Assembly (NCBI GenBank): GCA_964411615.1
Contig: CAYPLO010000001.1
Coordinates: 7,508-71,507, forward strand
Length of the DNA stretch: 64,000 nucleotides
Reading direction: 5' to 3'
Source: an uncultured Aquificales bacterium
GTDB lineage: Bacteria; Thermosulfidibacterota; Thermosulfidibacteria; Thermosulfidibacterales; Thermosulfidibacteraceae
Part shown: one piece after another, positions 17,705-26,924 of the stretch
Layout: each line of letters begins with the position of its first letter
How positions within the stretch are numbered: the first letter of the stretch is position 1
Made by a program: the position numbers and the translations under genes
Notes under the pieces: generated by a model
Databases searched by the model: none
Seen by the model: the letters and a program-made list of their open reading frames with translations, nothing else
Told to the model about the DNA's origin: nothing

Positions 17705-18662
17705 GCTCATTGATGGAGCAGGTAGCGTTGCCTGTTTCGTCCATAAGAACCCCGACGGTGATGCCATAGGTTCCGCCCTTGCCATAAGGAACTTTTTCGG
17801 TGGCAAGGTTAGGGTCTACTCCCCAACCAAGGTTCCCGAGTTCTTCATGTTCCTTCCCGCTGCCCATGAGATAGTCTGCTATTCCGACTTTGGGGAGGTG
17901 GAGCCGGCGGAGCTCTTCCTCGTGGTGGACTGTGCCGATGCGAAAAGGATTCCGGGCTTTGACAGGTCTAAGGCTGACAGGGTGATTGTGATAGACCACC
18001 ACGAGACCAACGACGGCTTTGGGGATGTGAACCTTGTGGTTCCCGAAAGCTCCTCCACCGCTGAGCTGGTCTTCAGGATGATAAAGAGCCTGGGAAGGCC
18101 CGTGAGCAAGGAGGTGGCCGACTGCCTCTTCACAGGGGTGTACACAGATACGGGCGGCTTCAGGTACTCTGACACAACCGCTTCCACCTTTGAGGTTGCC
18201 AAGGAGCTTGTTGAGCTGGGTGCAGAGCCTTGGCGGATAGCCGTTGAGATATACGAGAGCAATCCTTTAAGGAGGCTTCGGCTCCTGGGGGAGTGTCTGA
18301 ACACCCTGCGGCTCTACTGCTCTGGTAAGGTGGCCGTCCTCTACGTGACCCTTGATATGTACGCCAGAACGGGGGCCACGGCGGAGGATACGGAAGACTT
18401 CGTCAACTACGCCCGCTCGATAAAGGGGGTTGAGGTTGGTCTCTTCCTTAGGGAGCTTGAGGGTGGTGGGGTGAAGGTGAGTCTGCGCTCCAAGGGGAGG
18501 GTGAATGTGGCGGAGGTTGCTAAGGAGCTGGGAGGCGGTGGGCATCACAACGCCGCAGGCTGTGAGCTTAACCTGCCCCTTGTTGATGCCATAGATAGAA
18601 TCGTATCCTCCCTTGAGAGGAGATTACTGGAGGATGGGCATGTCTGTGGTGCTGGTGGATAG
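17685..18662 (+). CDS. nrnA: DHH/DHHA1 phosphoesterase, NrnA-type oligoribonuclease / pAp phosphatase
   Basis: Motifs HKNPDGDAIGSALA, VVDCAD, IVIDHH and the C-terminal GGGGHHNAAG (DHHA1). Confidence 0.8.
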   Translation: MERVIAELIDGAGSVACFVHKNPDGDAIGSALAIRNFFGGKVRVYSPTKVPEFFMFLPAAHEIVCYSDFGEVEPAELFLVVDCADAKRIPGFDRSKADRVIVIDHHETNDGFGDVNLVVPESSSTAELVFRMIKSLGRPVSKEVADCLFTGVYTDTGGFRYSDTTASTFEVAKELVELGAEPWRIAVEIYESNPLRRLRLLGECLNTLRLYCSGKVAVLYVTLDMYARTGATAEDTEDFVNYARSIKGVEVGLFLRELEGGGVKVSLRSKGRVNVAEVAKELGGGGHHNAAGCELNLPLVDAIDRIVSSLERRLLEDGHVCGAGG

Positions 18663-19419
18663 AAGGGATAGGGTTGCCTACGTTACCCTCAACAGGCCTG
18701 ATAGGCTCAATGCCCTTGATGAGGAGATGTCCGAGGCCCTGTACAACGTCTTCTACGAGCTCACCAACACCCGGGAGCTTCGCTGCATAGTGGTTAGGGG
18801 TGCAGGGAGGGCCTTCTGTGCCGGAGGTGATTTGGGGGCCTTTGCCTCTTCAAAGGACCTGAAGAGGACCATCCACAGGATACTGGACTGGCTGAACCAG
18901 GTGGTTCTCATGATAAGAAGGTGCGATAAGGTGGTTATAGCCTCTGTTCACGGTGCCGCAAGTGGTGCCGGTTTTGGGTTTATGGGCTGCTGCGATATGG
19001 CCATAGCCGCCGAGGGGACCAGATTCAACCTCGCCTATGTGAAGATAGGCGCTTCCCCTGACATGTTCAGCAGCATTGTTCTATCCAGGACCTTAGGGCT
19101 GAAACTGGCGAGTTACTACGCCCTCACAGGGGACTTTATAGATGCCCAGGAGGCCCTGAGGCTGGGGCTTGTGAACCTTGTGGTTCCTGAGGATGAGCTT
19201 GCCTCCAAGACGGAGGAGGTCGCCCGTAGGATGGCCAAACTCCCTCCCCTTGCCGTTGCCCGCATAAAGGCCCTCATAAACGAGGGGCTGTTCTGGGATA
19301 TGGAGAGGCTCCTTGAGCTTGAGAAGCAGGGAATCTGTGAGCTTTCCCTGACCGAGGACATGGCGGAGGGTATAAGGGCCTTCTTTGAGAAGAGGGAGCC
19401 CGTCTTCAAGGGGAAATAG
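18640..19419 (+). CDS. enoyl-CoA hydratase/isomerase (crotonase) family protein
   Basis: ORF 18613..19419 trimmed to ATG 18640 (GGAGG 6 nt upstream). Motifs VAYVTLNRPDRLNAL, VVRGAGRAFCAGGDL and ASVHGAASGAGFGF. Confidence 0.8.
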   Translation: MSVVLVDRRDRVAYVTLNRPDRLNALDEEMSEALYNVFYELTNTRELRCIVVRGAGRAFCAGGDLGAFASSKDLKRTIHRILDWLNQVVLMIRRCDKVVIASVHGAASGAGFGFMGCCDMAIAAEGTRFNLAYVKIGASPDMFSSIVLSRTLGLKLASYYALTGDFIDAQEALRLGLVNLVVPEDELASKTEEVARRMAKLPPLAVARIKALINEGLFWDMERLLELEKQGICELSLTEDMAEGIRAFFEKREPVFKGK

Positions 19420-20515
19420 CCCCGTAAGGCTCAGGGGCCTTTACATTCACGTCCCTTTCTGCGTCTCAAAGTGTAGATACTGCTCTTTCTATTCCGTGGA
19501 CAGCTTTGATTCTGAGCTTGTTGATGCCTTCTCTTCGGCTCTGCTCAGGGAGCTGGAGGCTCTCCGTCGGTTCATCCGTCCACCCTACACCCTCTACGTG
19601 GGAGGGGGAACACCCACATGCATCGGTGATAGGCTTCTGCGTCTCCTTGAGGAGGTGCTTGACGGGATTGGGTCTGAGCCTGTGGAGTTCACCGTTGAGG
19701 CCAACCCTGCCACCTTTGATGCCAGGCTGCTTGTGGGCCTCAGGTCTTTAGGGGTCAACAGGCTCAGCGTGGGTGTTCAGTCCCTGAGTGACCCTCTGCT
19801 ATCCCTCCTTGGAAGGCCCCACACGGCGAAGGAAGCCCTGGATGCCCTGAGCTGTGCCCTTGAGGTGTTTGATAATGTTAACGCCGATGTTATCTTCGGC
19901 ATACCCGGCCAGACCCTTGGGGAGCTTGAGGACACCCTTAGGACCCTTGTAGATTCAGGCGTATCTCACGTGTCCGCCTACGGTCTATCCATTGAGGATG
20001 GCACGCCTTTAAAGAAGATGGTGGAGGCTGGGGTCATCCTGCCGGTTTCGGACTCTACGTGGGAGAGGATGTATCTGTTTGTGGAGGACTTTCTGAGCTC
20101 CGAAGGGTTTGAGCACTACGAAGTCTCCAACTACTCAAAGAGGGGGTTTCGCTGTCTTCACAACCGGCTCTACTGGTTCCACAGACCCTACGTGGGGCTG
20201 GGACCATCCGCCTGCGGCTTTTTAGGAACTGTTAGGTACATGAATGTTGCCTCTGTTGAGGGTTATGTGAGGGGCGGATTCTGCCAGCTGGAGTTTCTGG
20301 ACGAGGAGGAGCTTGTGAAGGAGAGGTTGATGCTGGGGCTGAGGACCTCCTTCGGTGTGCCCTTAAGGAAGCTTCCGGGAGAGTGGGCGTTGAGACTAAG
20401 GGAGCAGGTTGAGCTTGCAGATGATGGGTTCTTGGCCCTTGAGGGGGGCAGACTCTACGTTCCTTCCCGCAGATGGCCCCTTCTCAATGCCATACTTGCC
20501 CGTGTCATCCCTTAG
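19385..20515 (+). CDS. hemW: radical SAM haem chaperone HemW (oxygen-independent coproporphyrinogen-III-oxidase-like)
   Basis: LYIHVPFCVSKCRYCSFYS (CxxxCxxC radical-SAM cluster) and the HemN-like core (GGGTPT..., NRLSVGVQS). TTG start overlaps the preceding gene by 35 nt. No alternative in-frame start lies closer to the cluster motif. Confidence 0.8.
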   Translation: MRRGSPSSRGNSPVRLRGLYIHVPFCVSKCRYCSFYSVDSFDSELVDAFSSALLRELEALRRFIRPPYTLYVGGGTPTCIGDRLLRLLEEVLDGIGSEPVEFTVEANPATFDARLLVGLRSLGVNRLSVGVQSLSDPLLSLLGRPHTAKEALDALSCALEVFDNVNADVIFGIPGQTLGELEDTLRTLVDSGVSHVSAYGLSIEDGTPLKKMVEAGVILPVSDSTWERMYLFVEDFLSSEGFEHYEVSNYSKRGFRCLHNRLYWFHRPYVGLGPSACGFLGTVRYMNVASVEGYVRGGFCQLEFLDEEELVKERLMLGLRTSFGVPLRKLPGEWALRLREQVELADDGFLALEGGRLYVPSRRWPLLNAILARVIP

Positions 20516-21210
20516 TCTGAGCCCCTATCCACAGGTGGGGCCAAGACGCTTCTCAAAGTCTCTATATTCATGGTCTGGACAATGACCCTGCCCGGTCCCC
20601 TGAGGGTGGCCAGGAAGAGTCCTTCCCCTCCGAATATTATGTTTTTGAATCCCTTAACCAGCTCCGCACTGTAGCCTACCGTCTCTTCAAAGCCCACAAC
20701 ACACCCTGTATCCACCTGCAGCTTCTCCCCCTCCTTCAGGTTGTACTCAATCATGTCCCCGCAGGCGTGTACAAAGGCCACTCCATTCCCTTTAAGCTTC
20801 TGCAGGATGAACCCTTCGCCTCCGAAGAGGCCTCCCTTCAGGCTGCCTGAGAAGCTCAGGTCTATCTCAACCCCTGTGGTTGCACAAAGGAAGCCGTCTT
20901 TCTGCACGATGAAGGACCTGTCGGGGGTTACCTCTACCGCCGCTATCTTGCCCGGGAAGGGGCCTGTGAGGGTGACTTTCCCCACACCTTCTTCACACCT
21001 GTAGTAGACCATGAAGGCGCTCTCGCCGGTTATCTTCCTCTTGAAAAGCCCCATGAGCTTGCCGCCGATGCCCTTGCCGGGCATTCTGGTCTCCATGGCG
21101 ATGTTGGCGGTCTTGCATACCATAGCCCCGGACTCTGCGTAAATCTCCTCCCCCTCTTTAAGGGTTATCTCAAGATACTGGAGGTTCCCTCCCTCTATCC
21201 TGTACTCCAT
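20512..21210 (-). CDS. AIM24 / TIGR00266 (DUF124) family protein
   Basis: GGAGGTG SD upstream. MEYRIEGGNLQYLEITLKEGEEIYAESGAMV... plus the glycine-rich beta-repeats typical of the family. Family call from memory. Confidence 0.7.
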   Translation of the reverse strand: MEYRIEGGNLQYLEITLKEGEEIYAESGAMVCKTANIAMETRMPGKGIGGKLMGLFKRKITGESAFMVYYRCEEGVGKVTLTGPFPGKIAAVEVTPDRSFIVQKDGFLCATTGVEIDLSFSGSLKGGLFGGEGFILQKLKGNGVAFVHACGDMIEYNLKEGEKLQVDTGCVVGFEETVGYSAELVKGFKNIIFGGEGLFLATLRGPGRVIVQTMNIETLRSVLAPPVDRGSD

Positions 21211-21292
21211 GCTGCACCTCCTTTCTTGAGCCTATCATCCGGGAGGGGGCCTTTTCAAGGAGCTGGGTTGACTATGTTCTTTTTGAACATAT

Positions 21293-21487
21293 ATGAAAAA
21301 CTATAGGCATGTGGGACCGTGCAGGTGTGGATGGGGTCCCCACGCTTACTACGTGGATGAGAGGGGGAACCTTGTTCATGCCTGGGACCTTTTCGGTGAG
21401 GTTGACGAGCTTGAGGCTTTAAAACGGCAGAAGGAGGCTATAGAGAGAAGGATAAGGGAGCTTGAATCCAAAAGGCAGGAGGCTTGA
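21293..21487 (+). CDS. small hypothetical protein (Cys/Trp/Gly N-terminus, C-terminal coiled coil; DUF5320-like tail)
   Basis: Genome-typical codon usage. C-terminus ELEALKRQKEAIERRIRELESKRQEA. No SD before ATG 21293, which also overlaps a TTGACT-N16-TATATG promoter-like motif (21268-21295). The 5' end is therefore uncertain (an in-frame GTG lies at 21311). Confidence 0.4.
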   Translation: MKNYRHVGPCRCGWGPHAYYVDERGNLVHAWDLFGEVDELEALKRQKEAIERRIRELESKRQEA

Positions 21488-21488
21488 G

Positions 21489-21683
21489 ATGCAGAGGTGG
21501 GGACAGGGCGGAGGCGGCAGAGGACAGGGGCAGGGATGTGGTGGACGGGGCAGAGGGGGCTTTGGAGGCCCCGGTGGCTACTGTGTCTGTCCCAGCTGTG
21601 GCCACAGGGTTCCCCACGAGAGGGGAGTTCCCTGCAGACAGGTGCAGTGCCCCAAGTGCGGCACCTATATGGTGAGGGAGTAG
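21489..21683 (+). CDS. small Gly/Arg-rich protein with a C-terminal 4-Cys zinc-ribbon
   Basis: ORF 21462..21683 trimmed to ATG 21489, which lies 7 nt after AGGAGG and 1 nt after the upstream stop (TGAGATG). Sequence: MQRWGQGGGGRGQGQGCGGRGRGGFGGPGGYCVCPSCGHRVPHERGVPCRQVQCPKCGTYMVRE (CxCPxCG...CPKCG). Confidence 0.6.
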   Translation: MQRWGQGGGGRGQGQGCGGRGRGGFGGPGGYCVCPSCGHRVPHERGVPCRQVQCPKCGTYMVRE

Positions 21684-21715
21684 CCCCTTAGGGGCTGCTC
21701 GCCCCCCCCTGCTTC

Positions 21716-21731
21716 TGGCATAGACTTTGCT
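21716..21731 (+). promoter_or_regulatory. sigma54 (RpoN) -24/-12 promoter upstream of flgF
   Basis: TGGCAT-agact-TTGCT at 21716-21731 versus the consensus TGGCAC-N5-TTGCW. The GC of the -12 box lies about 26 nt before the flgF ATG (21756), leaving room for the SD GGGGCAGGGGG. Confidence 0.6.
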
Positions 21732-21755
21732 AATGTAAGGGGCAGGGGGTGCGAG

Positions 21756-22568
21756 ATGGTGAGCAGCCTTTACACAGCCGCCTCCGGTATGATAGCCGAA
21801 ATCCGGAGGCTTGATGTTGTTGCCAACAACCTCGCCAACGTTGACACACCTGGATTTAAGCGCGAGGGGATAACCTTCTCCGACTACTTCTACCACACGG
21901 GGCTCATCAAGGGCTCTCCCAGGTCCTACCTTCCTTCTCAGGAGAGGAGCCCATCCTACTGGTTTGACGCCCAGAATGCCGTCGTCTTCCCCGATGAGCA
22001 CTACTTCTCCTTCGTCCCTGGTGCCGTGAAGGAGACGGGGAACCCTCTGCATGTGGCCCTTGACGGTCCTGGCTTCTTCGCCGTCTCAACCCCTTGGGGA
22101 ACCATGCTGACCAGAGCCGGCAACTTCCATGTTGGTGCCGATGGGGTGCTTAAGACGGTGGACGGATACCCTGTTCTGGGGAGGGTTGCCCCTAACATGC
22201 CCCCTGAGCCCATTGTGGTTAACCCCAACACCCCTGTTGAGATAACCGCAGATGGGTGGGTGGTCCAGAACGGCAACAGGCTCTTCAGGATAGAGGTGAG
22301 GGACTTTAACGGAGACTACAACCGCTACCTTGAGGCCTTCGGATACAACTACTTCAGGTTCAAGGACCCCAGGAACACGGGAACTTTGAAGCCGGACTAC
22401 AGGCTCATGGTGGGTTATGTGGAGACCTCCAACGCCGATGTGGTGAGGGAGATGGTGAATCTTATAAGCTGCATGAGGCATTACGAGGCCTGCCAGAAGG
22501 CGGTTCAGGTGACCTTTGAGGATACAACATCAAGAACCATAAACGATGTAGGTAATGTGGGGAGGTAA
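21756..22568 (+). CDS. flgF: flagellar basal-body rod protein FlgF
   Basis: N-terminal rod motif [32 protein letters not shown] and C-terminal [24 protein letters not shown]. Sits immediately before flgG. Confidence 0.85.
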   Translation: MVSSLYTAASGMIAEIRRLDVVANNLANVDTPGFKREGITFSDYFYHTGLIKGSPRSYLPSQERSPSYWFDAQNAVVFPDEHYFSFVPGAVKETGNPLHVALDGPGFFAVSTPWGTMLTRAGNFHVGADGVLKTVDGYPVLGRVAPNMPPEPIVVNPNTPVEITADGWVVQNGNRLFRIEVRDFNGDYNRYLEAFGYNYFRFKDPRNTGTLKPDYRLMVGYVETSNADVVREMVNLISCMRHYEACQKAVQVTFEDTTSRTINDVGNVGR

Positions 22569-22571
22569 GCC

Positions 22572-23360
22572 ATGATTAGGGCTTTGTGGACGGCGGCAAC
22601 AGGTATGAGGGCTCAGCAGCTGAATATTGATGTCATAGCCAACAACCTCGCCAACGTTAACACTGTGGGCTTCAAAAGGACCAGGGCAGACTTTCAGGAC
22701 CTCATGTACCAGACCCTGAGACCCCCCGGTGCGGACTCCACCACCACAACCAAGATACCCACCGGAATCCAGGTGGGTCTGGGAACGAGGGTGGCCGCCC
22801 TTGAGAAGATATTCCAGCAGGGGAGCTTCAAACAGACGGGAAACCCTCTGGACCTGGCCATTGAGGGGAGGGGCTTCTTCAGGGTGCAGCTGCCAAACGG
22901 TGAGATAGCCTACACAAGGGCCGGTGCCTTCAAGCTGGACGACCAGGGGAGAATCGTCACCTCCGACGGGTATCCCTTAGACCCGGTAATCACCATACCA
23001 CCGGATGCCATAGACATCTCCATAGGCGAGGACGGCACCGTGAGCGTTCTCCAGCCTGGAAACACCACCTACACCCAGGTGGGACAGATAACCATATCGG
23101 ACTTCCCCAACCCCGCCGGGCTTCGCGCCATAGGCCGCAACCTCTTCAAGGAGACGGATACGTCTGGGGCTCCCATAGACGGGACCCCTGGGCAGGACCA
23201 GTTCGGCACCATAGCCCAGGGCTATGTGGAGACCTCCAATGTGGATGTGGTTGAGGAGATGGTGAACCTCATAGTTGCCCAGAGGGCCTACGAGGCCAAC
23301 TCCAAGGCCATACAGACCGGAGACGACATGCTCCAGATAGCCAACAACCTCAGGAGGTAA
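22572..23360 (+). CDS. flgG: flagellar distal rod protein FlgG
   Basis: [36 protein letters not shown] ... [31 protein letters not shown]. 262 aa. Confidence 0.92.
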   Translation: MIRALWTAATGMRAQQLNIDVIANNLANVNTVGFKRTRADFQDLMYQTLRPPGADSTTTTKIPTGIQVGLGTRVAALEKIFQQGSFKQTGNPLDLAIEGRGFFRVQLPNGEIAYTRAGAFKLDDQGRIVTSDGYPLDPVITIPPDAIDISIGEDGTVSVLQPGNTTYTQVGQITISDFPNPAGLRAIGRNLFKETDTSGAPIDGTPGQDQFGTIAQGYVETSNVDVVEEMVNLIVAQRAYEANSKAIQTGDDMLQIANNLRR

Positions 23361-23363
23361 GCC

Positions 23364-24002
23364 ATGAGGTGGCTGGTTATCCTGGCCCTTATGTTCTCTA
23401 CCACGGCTCTGGCCTCGGTCAGGGACGTTATTGAGAGAAAGATAGCCGCATACAGCTCCTATCCCGTTAAGGTGGTGGAGATTCAGGCCTCCGTCAGGGG
23501 ATTTAACAGTGAGGGGAGCTACAGGGTCCTCTCCTACAGGGTCTCCCCATCTTCGGGCAGGGCCTGGTTCCTCCTTTCGGCTGGGCGGAGGTCCTTCTGG
23601 GTGCAGGTGAAGTACATGGTTAAGGTGCCTGTGGTTATCGCAAAGGGTCCTGTGGAGAGGGGTCAGGTGCTGACCGCCGCAGATGTTGAACCGAAGTACA
23701 TGTGGCTTGACCCCATGAGGGCCAGGGGGGTGGTCTCCTATCAGGATGCAGTGGGTAAGGTTGCCACAAGGAGGATAGACGCCGGGACGGTGCTCACCTC
23801 CTCCATGCTGAAGAGGCCCCTTCTGGTGAAGAGGGGTGAGCTGGTACAGTTTTTGCTAAACGCAGGTGGTGTGAGGATAACGGGGGTGGCAAAGGCTATG
23901 AGCAACGGATGTAAGGGAGACGTGGTTGAGCTCAGGAACCTCTCCAGCGGCAGGGTCTTTGCGGGAGAGGTTATAGCGGAGGGGAGGGTGTTGGTAAGAT
24001 GA
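23364..24002 (+). CDS. flgA: flagellar P-ring assembly chaperone FlgA
   Basis: Signal peptide. C-terminal FlgA/SAF-like [17 protein letters not shown]...[19 protein letters not shown]. Position between flgG and flgH. Confidence 0.8.
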   Translation: MRWLVILALMFSTTALASVRDVIERKIAAYSSYPVKVVEIQASVRGFNSEGSYRVLSYRVSPSSGRAWFLLSAGRRSFWVQVKYMVKVPVVIAKGPVERGQVLTAADVEPKYMWLDPMRARGVVSYQDAVGKVATRRIDAGTVLTSSMLKRPLLVKRGELVQFLLNAGGVRITGVAKAMSNGCKGDVVELRNLSSGRVFAGEVIAEGRVLVR

Positions 24003-24685
24003 GGTGGCTGGTGGCTCTTCTGATGGCTCTGGTTGTGGCCTGCGCCTCCCAGAAGGGGGAGGTGAGGGTGGACAGGGTATACCACAACGAGAGGGTGTGG
24101 AAGGCCATGCAGGCTAAGAAGAGATACTCATCCTACGGCTCCATCTGGGTGGACAACTACTTCTACTCCGACATAAGGGCCAGACATGTTGGGGATATTG
24201 TGACCATAGTGGTGAGGGAGTACGCCAAGTCCAAGGACTACGGAACCACTGAGTCAAAGAAGAGCTCCTCCTTCAGCTCCATCATAAAGAGCATCTTTGG
24301 TCTCAAGGACGATGTGTCGGACCTTACAGGGCTTAAGGACCCCACCAATCTTCTGGATGTGAAGTCTTCGGGCCAGTACAAGGGTAGCGGTAAGGTTGAG
24401 CAGAGCAGCATGCTTGAGACCAAGATATCCGCCGTCGTTGTGGATGTTCTGCCCAATGGCAATCTGGTGGTTGAGGGCAAAAGGACCATAGTGGTCAACG
24501 GGGAGAAGAAGATAATAGGGGTGAGGGGCATTGTGAGGCCCCAGGATATAGGTCCTGACAACACCGTACCGTCGGAGGCCCTGGCCGATGCCCAGATAGT
24601 CTACGAGGGCAAGGGGGTGGTCACCCAGAGCCAGAGTCCAGGGCTCTTTACAAAGCTTCTCATGTGGCTGTGGCCACTCCTTTAG
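23999..24685 (+). CDS. flgH: flagellar L-ring lipoprotein FlgH
   Basis: ATGA overlap with flgA. Lipobox LVVAC. Motifs [10 protein letters not shown] and [34 protein letters not shown]. Confidence 0.9.
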   Translation: MRWLVALLMALVVACASQKGEVRVDRVYHNERVWKAMQAKKRYSSYGSIWVDNYFYSDIRARHVGDIVTIVVREYAKSKDYGTTESKKSSSFSSIIKSIFGLKDDVSDLTGLKDPTNLLDVKSSGQYKGSGKVEQSSMLETKISAVVVDVLPNGNLVVEGKRTIVVNGEKKIIGVRGIVRPQDIGPDNTVPSEALADAQIVYEGKGVVTQSQSPGLFTKLLMWLWPLL

Positions 24686-24697
24686 GGGAGGTGAACC

Positions 24698-25789
24698 ATG
24701 TTGAAAAGGCTGCTTTTGGCCGTAATGGTTGTGGTTCTCTTCGGCAGCTCCTTCGCCGCCAGGATAAAGGACCTCACCACCGTTGAGGGGGTGAGGGAGA
24801 ACCTGCTCATAGGCTACGGGCTTGTGGTGGGTCTGGACGATACGGGGGACGACACCAAGATGTACTACCAGACCATATCCAACATGCTTGAGAGATTGGG
24901 GATACACGTTCCCGCCAACAAGGTTGATGTGGGCAACGTGGCGGCGGTGATTGTTACGGCAAAGCTCCCCCCCTTCGCCAAGCCGGGGATGAAGATAGAT
25001 GTGGATGTGGCCTCCATAGGTGATGCCGACTCCCTTCAGGGTGGCACACTTCTCATGACCCCTCTATTTGGCCCTGACGGCAAGATATACGCCGTGGCCC
25101 AGGGGCCTGTCTCCATAGGCGGTTTCAACGCCCAGGGTGGTGGGCAGAGGGTTCAGAAGAACCACCCCACCGCCGGCAGGATACCCAACGGCGCCATTGT
25201 GGAAAGGCCCGTTCCCGCCGTATTCACGGACACGGGGGTTGTCAACTTCAATCTGAATGTGCCCGACTTCATCACCGCATCCCGCATAGCTAAAGCCATA
25301 AACAGGGTGTGGCCGGGGATAGCCAAAGCCCTGGACCCTGCAACGGTTAGGGTGGTGGTTCCTCCCGACTACAGGGGGAGGGTTGTGGACTTCATCGCTA
25401 AAGTCCAGGAAATAGAGGCGGTTCAGGACAGGAGCGCCAAGATAGTGGTCTCTGAGAGGACGGGAACCATTGTGATGGGAGCGGATGTGAGGATACTTCC
25501 CGTGGCCGTATCCCACGGCAGCCTCACGGTGAAGATAGAGAGCACACCCCAGGTCTCCCAGCCGCCTCCATTTTCGGGGGGAACCACCGTGGTCACAACC
25601 CAGACCAGGCTGACGGCTGAGGAGAAGAAGGGCCCGGTCTTTGTCATAGGTAAGGGCAAGAGGGAGGTAAAGGTGAGCGACCTCATCAACGCCCTCAACA
25701 GGGTGGGGGCCTCTCCCAGGGACATAATAGCAATCTTAAGGGCCATAGAGGCGGCCGGTGCCCTTGAGGGTGAGCTGGAGGTGATGTGA
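24698..25789 (+). CDS. flgI: flagellar P-ring protein FlgI
   Basis: Signal peptide. Motifs [30 protein letters not shown] and [28 protein letters not shown]. Confidence 0.92.
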   Translation: MLKRLLLAVMVVVLFGSSFAARIKDLTTVEGVRENLLIGYGLVVGLDDTGDDTKMYYQTISNMLERLGIHVPANKVDVGNVAAVIVTAKLPPFAKPGMKIDVDVASIGDADSLQGGTLLMTPLFGPDGKIYAVAQGPVSIGGFNAQGGGQRVQKNHPTAGRIPNGAIVERPVPAVFTDTGVVNFNLNVPDFITASRIAKAINRVWPGIAKALDPATVRVVVPPDYRGRVVDFIAKVQEIEAVQDRSAKIVVSERTGTIVMGADVRILPVAVSHGSLTVKIESTPQVSQPPPFSGGTTVVTTQTRLTAEEKKGPVFVIGKGKREVKVSDLINALNRVGASPRDIIAILRAIEAAGALEGELEVM

Positions 25790-26136
25790 TGCAGCCGATT
25801 ACAGGCGTCCTTGAGGGCGGTTACTGGGACAGGGTGGCTCCCGATATAAGAACGGTGAAGGACGCCGCCGATGCCTTTGAAGCCATGCTCTGGGAGATGG
25901 TGCTGAAGGAGTCCTTCAGGAGCCTTCCTGAGGGAAGCTTCTTCAACAGCAGGGGGGAGAAGGGGATATACGCACAGCTGGTTATATGGAGGCTATCGGA
26001 GCACCTGTCAAAGGGGATGGACACAGAGATAGGCAGGAGCATATACGAAAAGTTCTCCCAGGGCTACAGAAGTGGGCACCTCCCTCCGATATATAACAGT
26101 AGAAAAACCGAAGGGGAGGTGCGCCATGAGGGTTAA
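25786..26136 (+). CDS. flgJ: FlgJ, rod-binding domain only (no peptidoglycan-hydrolase domain)
   Basis: [20 protein letters not shown]...[18 protein letters not shown] matches the Rod-binding domain. Only 116 aa. Position after flgI. Confidence 0.75.
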   Translation: MMQPITGVLEGGYWDRVAPDIRTVKDAADAFEAMLWEMVLKESFRSLPEGSFFNSRGEKGIYAQLVIWRLSEHLSKGMDTEIGRSIYEKFSQGYRSGHLPPIYNSRKTEGEVRHEG

Positions 26137-26455
26137 CAACAGGGTGCAGCAGCTCTACGGGTACCTCCAGCAGAGGACTGCCCAGAATGCCGGCAGGGCC
26201 CAGCAGGCTGGAGGAGCCCAGCAGAACAGGGCGGCCAGACAGCAGCCCGTAAGGAGGGCCGACAGGGTGGAGATATCCCGTCAGGCCCGTAACGCCGAGA
26301 GGATGAGGGCGGCTCTCAGGCAGGAGGAGCAGGTGCGTGCCCAGCAGGTGGAGCAGATAAGGAGGCAGGTGCAGCAGGGAACCTACCAGGTCAACACCAG
26401 AAGGACCGCCTACGGAATGCTCCGTGAGAATGTGGTGGATAAGATAGTGGGATGA
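26126..26455 (+). CDS. flgM: anti-sigma-28 factor FlgM
   Basis: ORF 26072..26455 trimmed to ATG 26126 (GGGGAGGTG upstream). Q/R-rich and disordered. C-terminal [27 protein letters not shown] matches the FlgM C-terminal helix pattern. Confidence 0.75.
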   Translation: MRVNNRVQQLYGYLQQRTAQNAGRAQQAGGAQQNRAARQQPVRRADRVEISRQARNAERMRAALRQEEQVRAQQVEQIRRQVQQGTYQVNTRRTAYGMLRENVVDKIVG

Positions 26456-26922
26456 GGTGGGTTGACAGGCTCATAGGGATACTCAGGGAGCAGCAGTCAC
26501 TGGTTGAGCAGATGATAGCTCTGCTTCGCCAGGAGAGGGAGGCTGTGGTGTCGGGGGATGTCTCCCGTATCCTTTCTGTGGCCAAGAGGAAGGAGACCCT
26601 GAGCACGAAGCAGAGGCTCCTTGAGGAGGCCCGTGAAGCCTGTCTGAAGAACGCAGGCAAGGAGGGTTACACCTTAAGCCAGCTCATGGAGGAGCTGGCC
26701 CCCCATGACAGGGAGAGGCTCAGGGAGGCAAAGGCGCACCTCCAGGAGGCTCTGGACAGGCTTTTATGGGAGAACAAGAGAAATTTGTTGCTGATAAACA
26801 AGGCCATGGAGCTCAACAGGGAGCTGCTTAAGCTCTTCACAGATAGCGTCGGCCTTTCATACGACAGCAACGGTGTTGTCTCCACCGACTACAACGGTGG
26901 GAGTTTGGAGTTCAGGGGTTAG
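26452..26922 (+). CDS. flgN: FlgN-like flagellar export chaperone
   Basis: ATGA overlap with flgM. All-helical 156 aa ([18 protein letters not shown]...). Conserved position between flgM and flgK. Sequence evidence is weak on its own. Confidence 0.6.
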   Translation: MRWVDRLIGILREQQSLVEQMIALLRQEREAVVSGDVSRILSVAKRKETLSTKQRLLEEAREACLKNAGKEGYTLSQLMEELAPHDRERLREAKAHLQEALDRLLWENKRNLLLINKAMELNRELLKLFTDSVGLSYDSNGVVSTDYNGGSLEFRG

Positions 26923-26924
26923 CC

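Noticed and set aside
21681-21700. Palindrome AGCCCC-TTA-GGGGCT after the zinc-ribbon ORF as a rho-independent terminator.
   Set aside because: The stem is short (6 bp) and is followed by a C-rich rather than T-rich tract. It may still form in RNA, but it does not meet intrinsic-terminator criteria.
26040-26126. Possible sigma28 (FliA) promoter upstream of flgM, suggested by CCGATAT at about 26085 resembling the GCCGATAA -10 box.
   Set aside because: The nearest TAAA/AAGTT-like -35 element is about 29 nt upstream instead of about 11-15 nt, and the site lies inside the flgJ coding sequence. The match is too weak to call.
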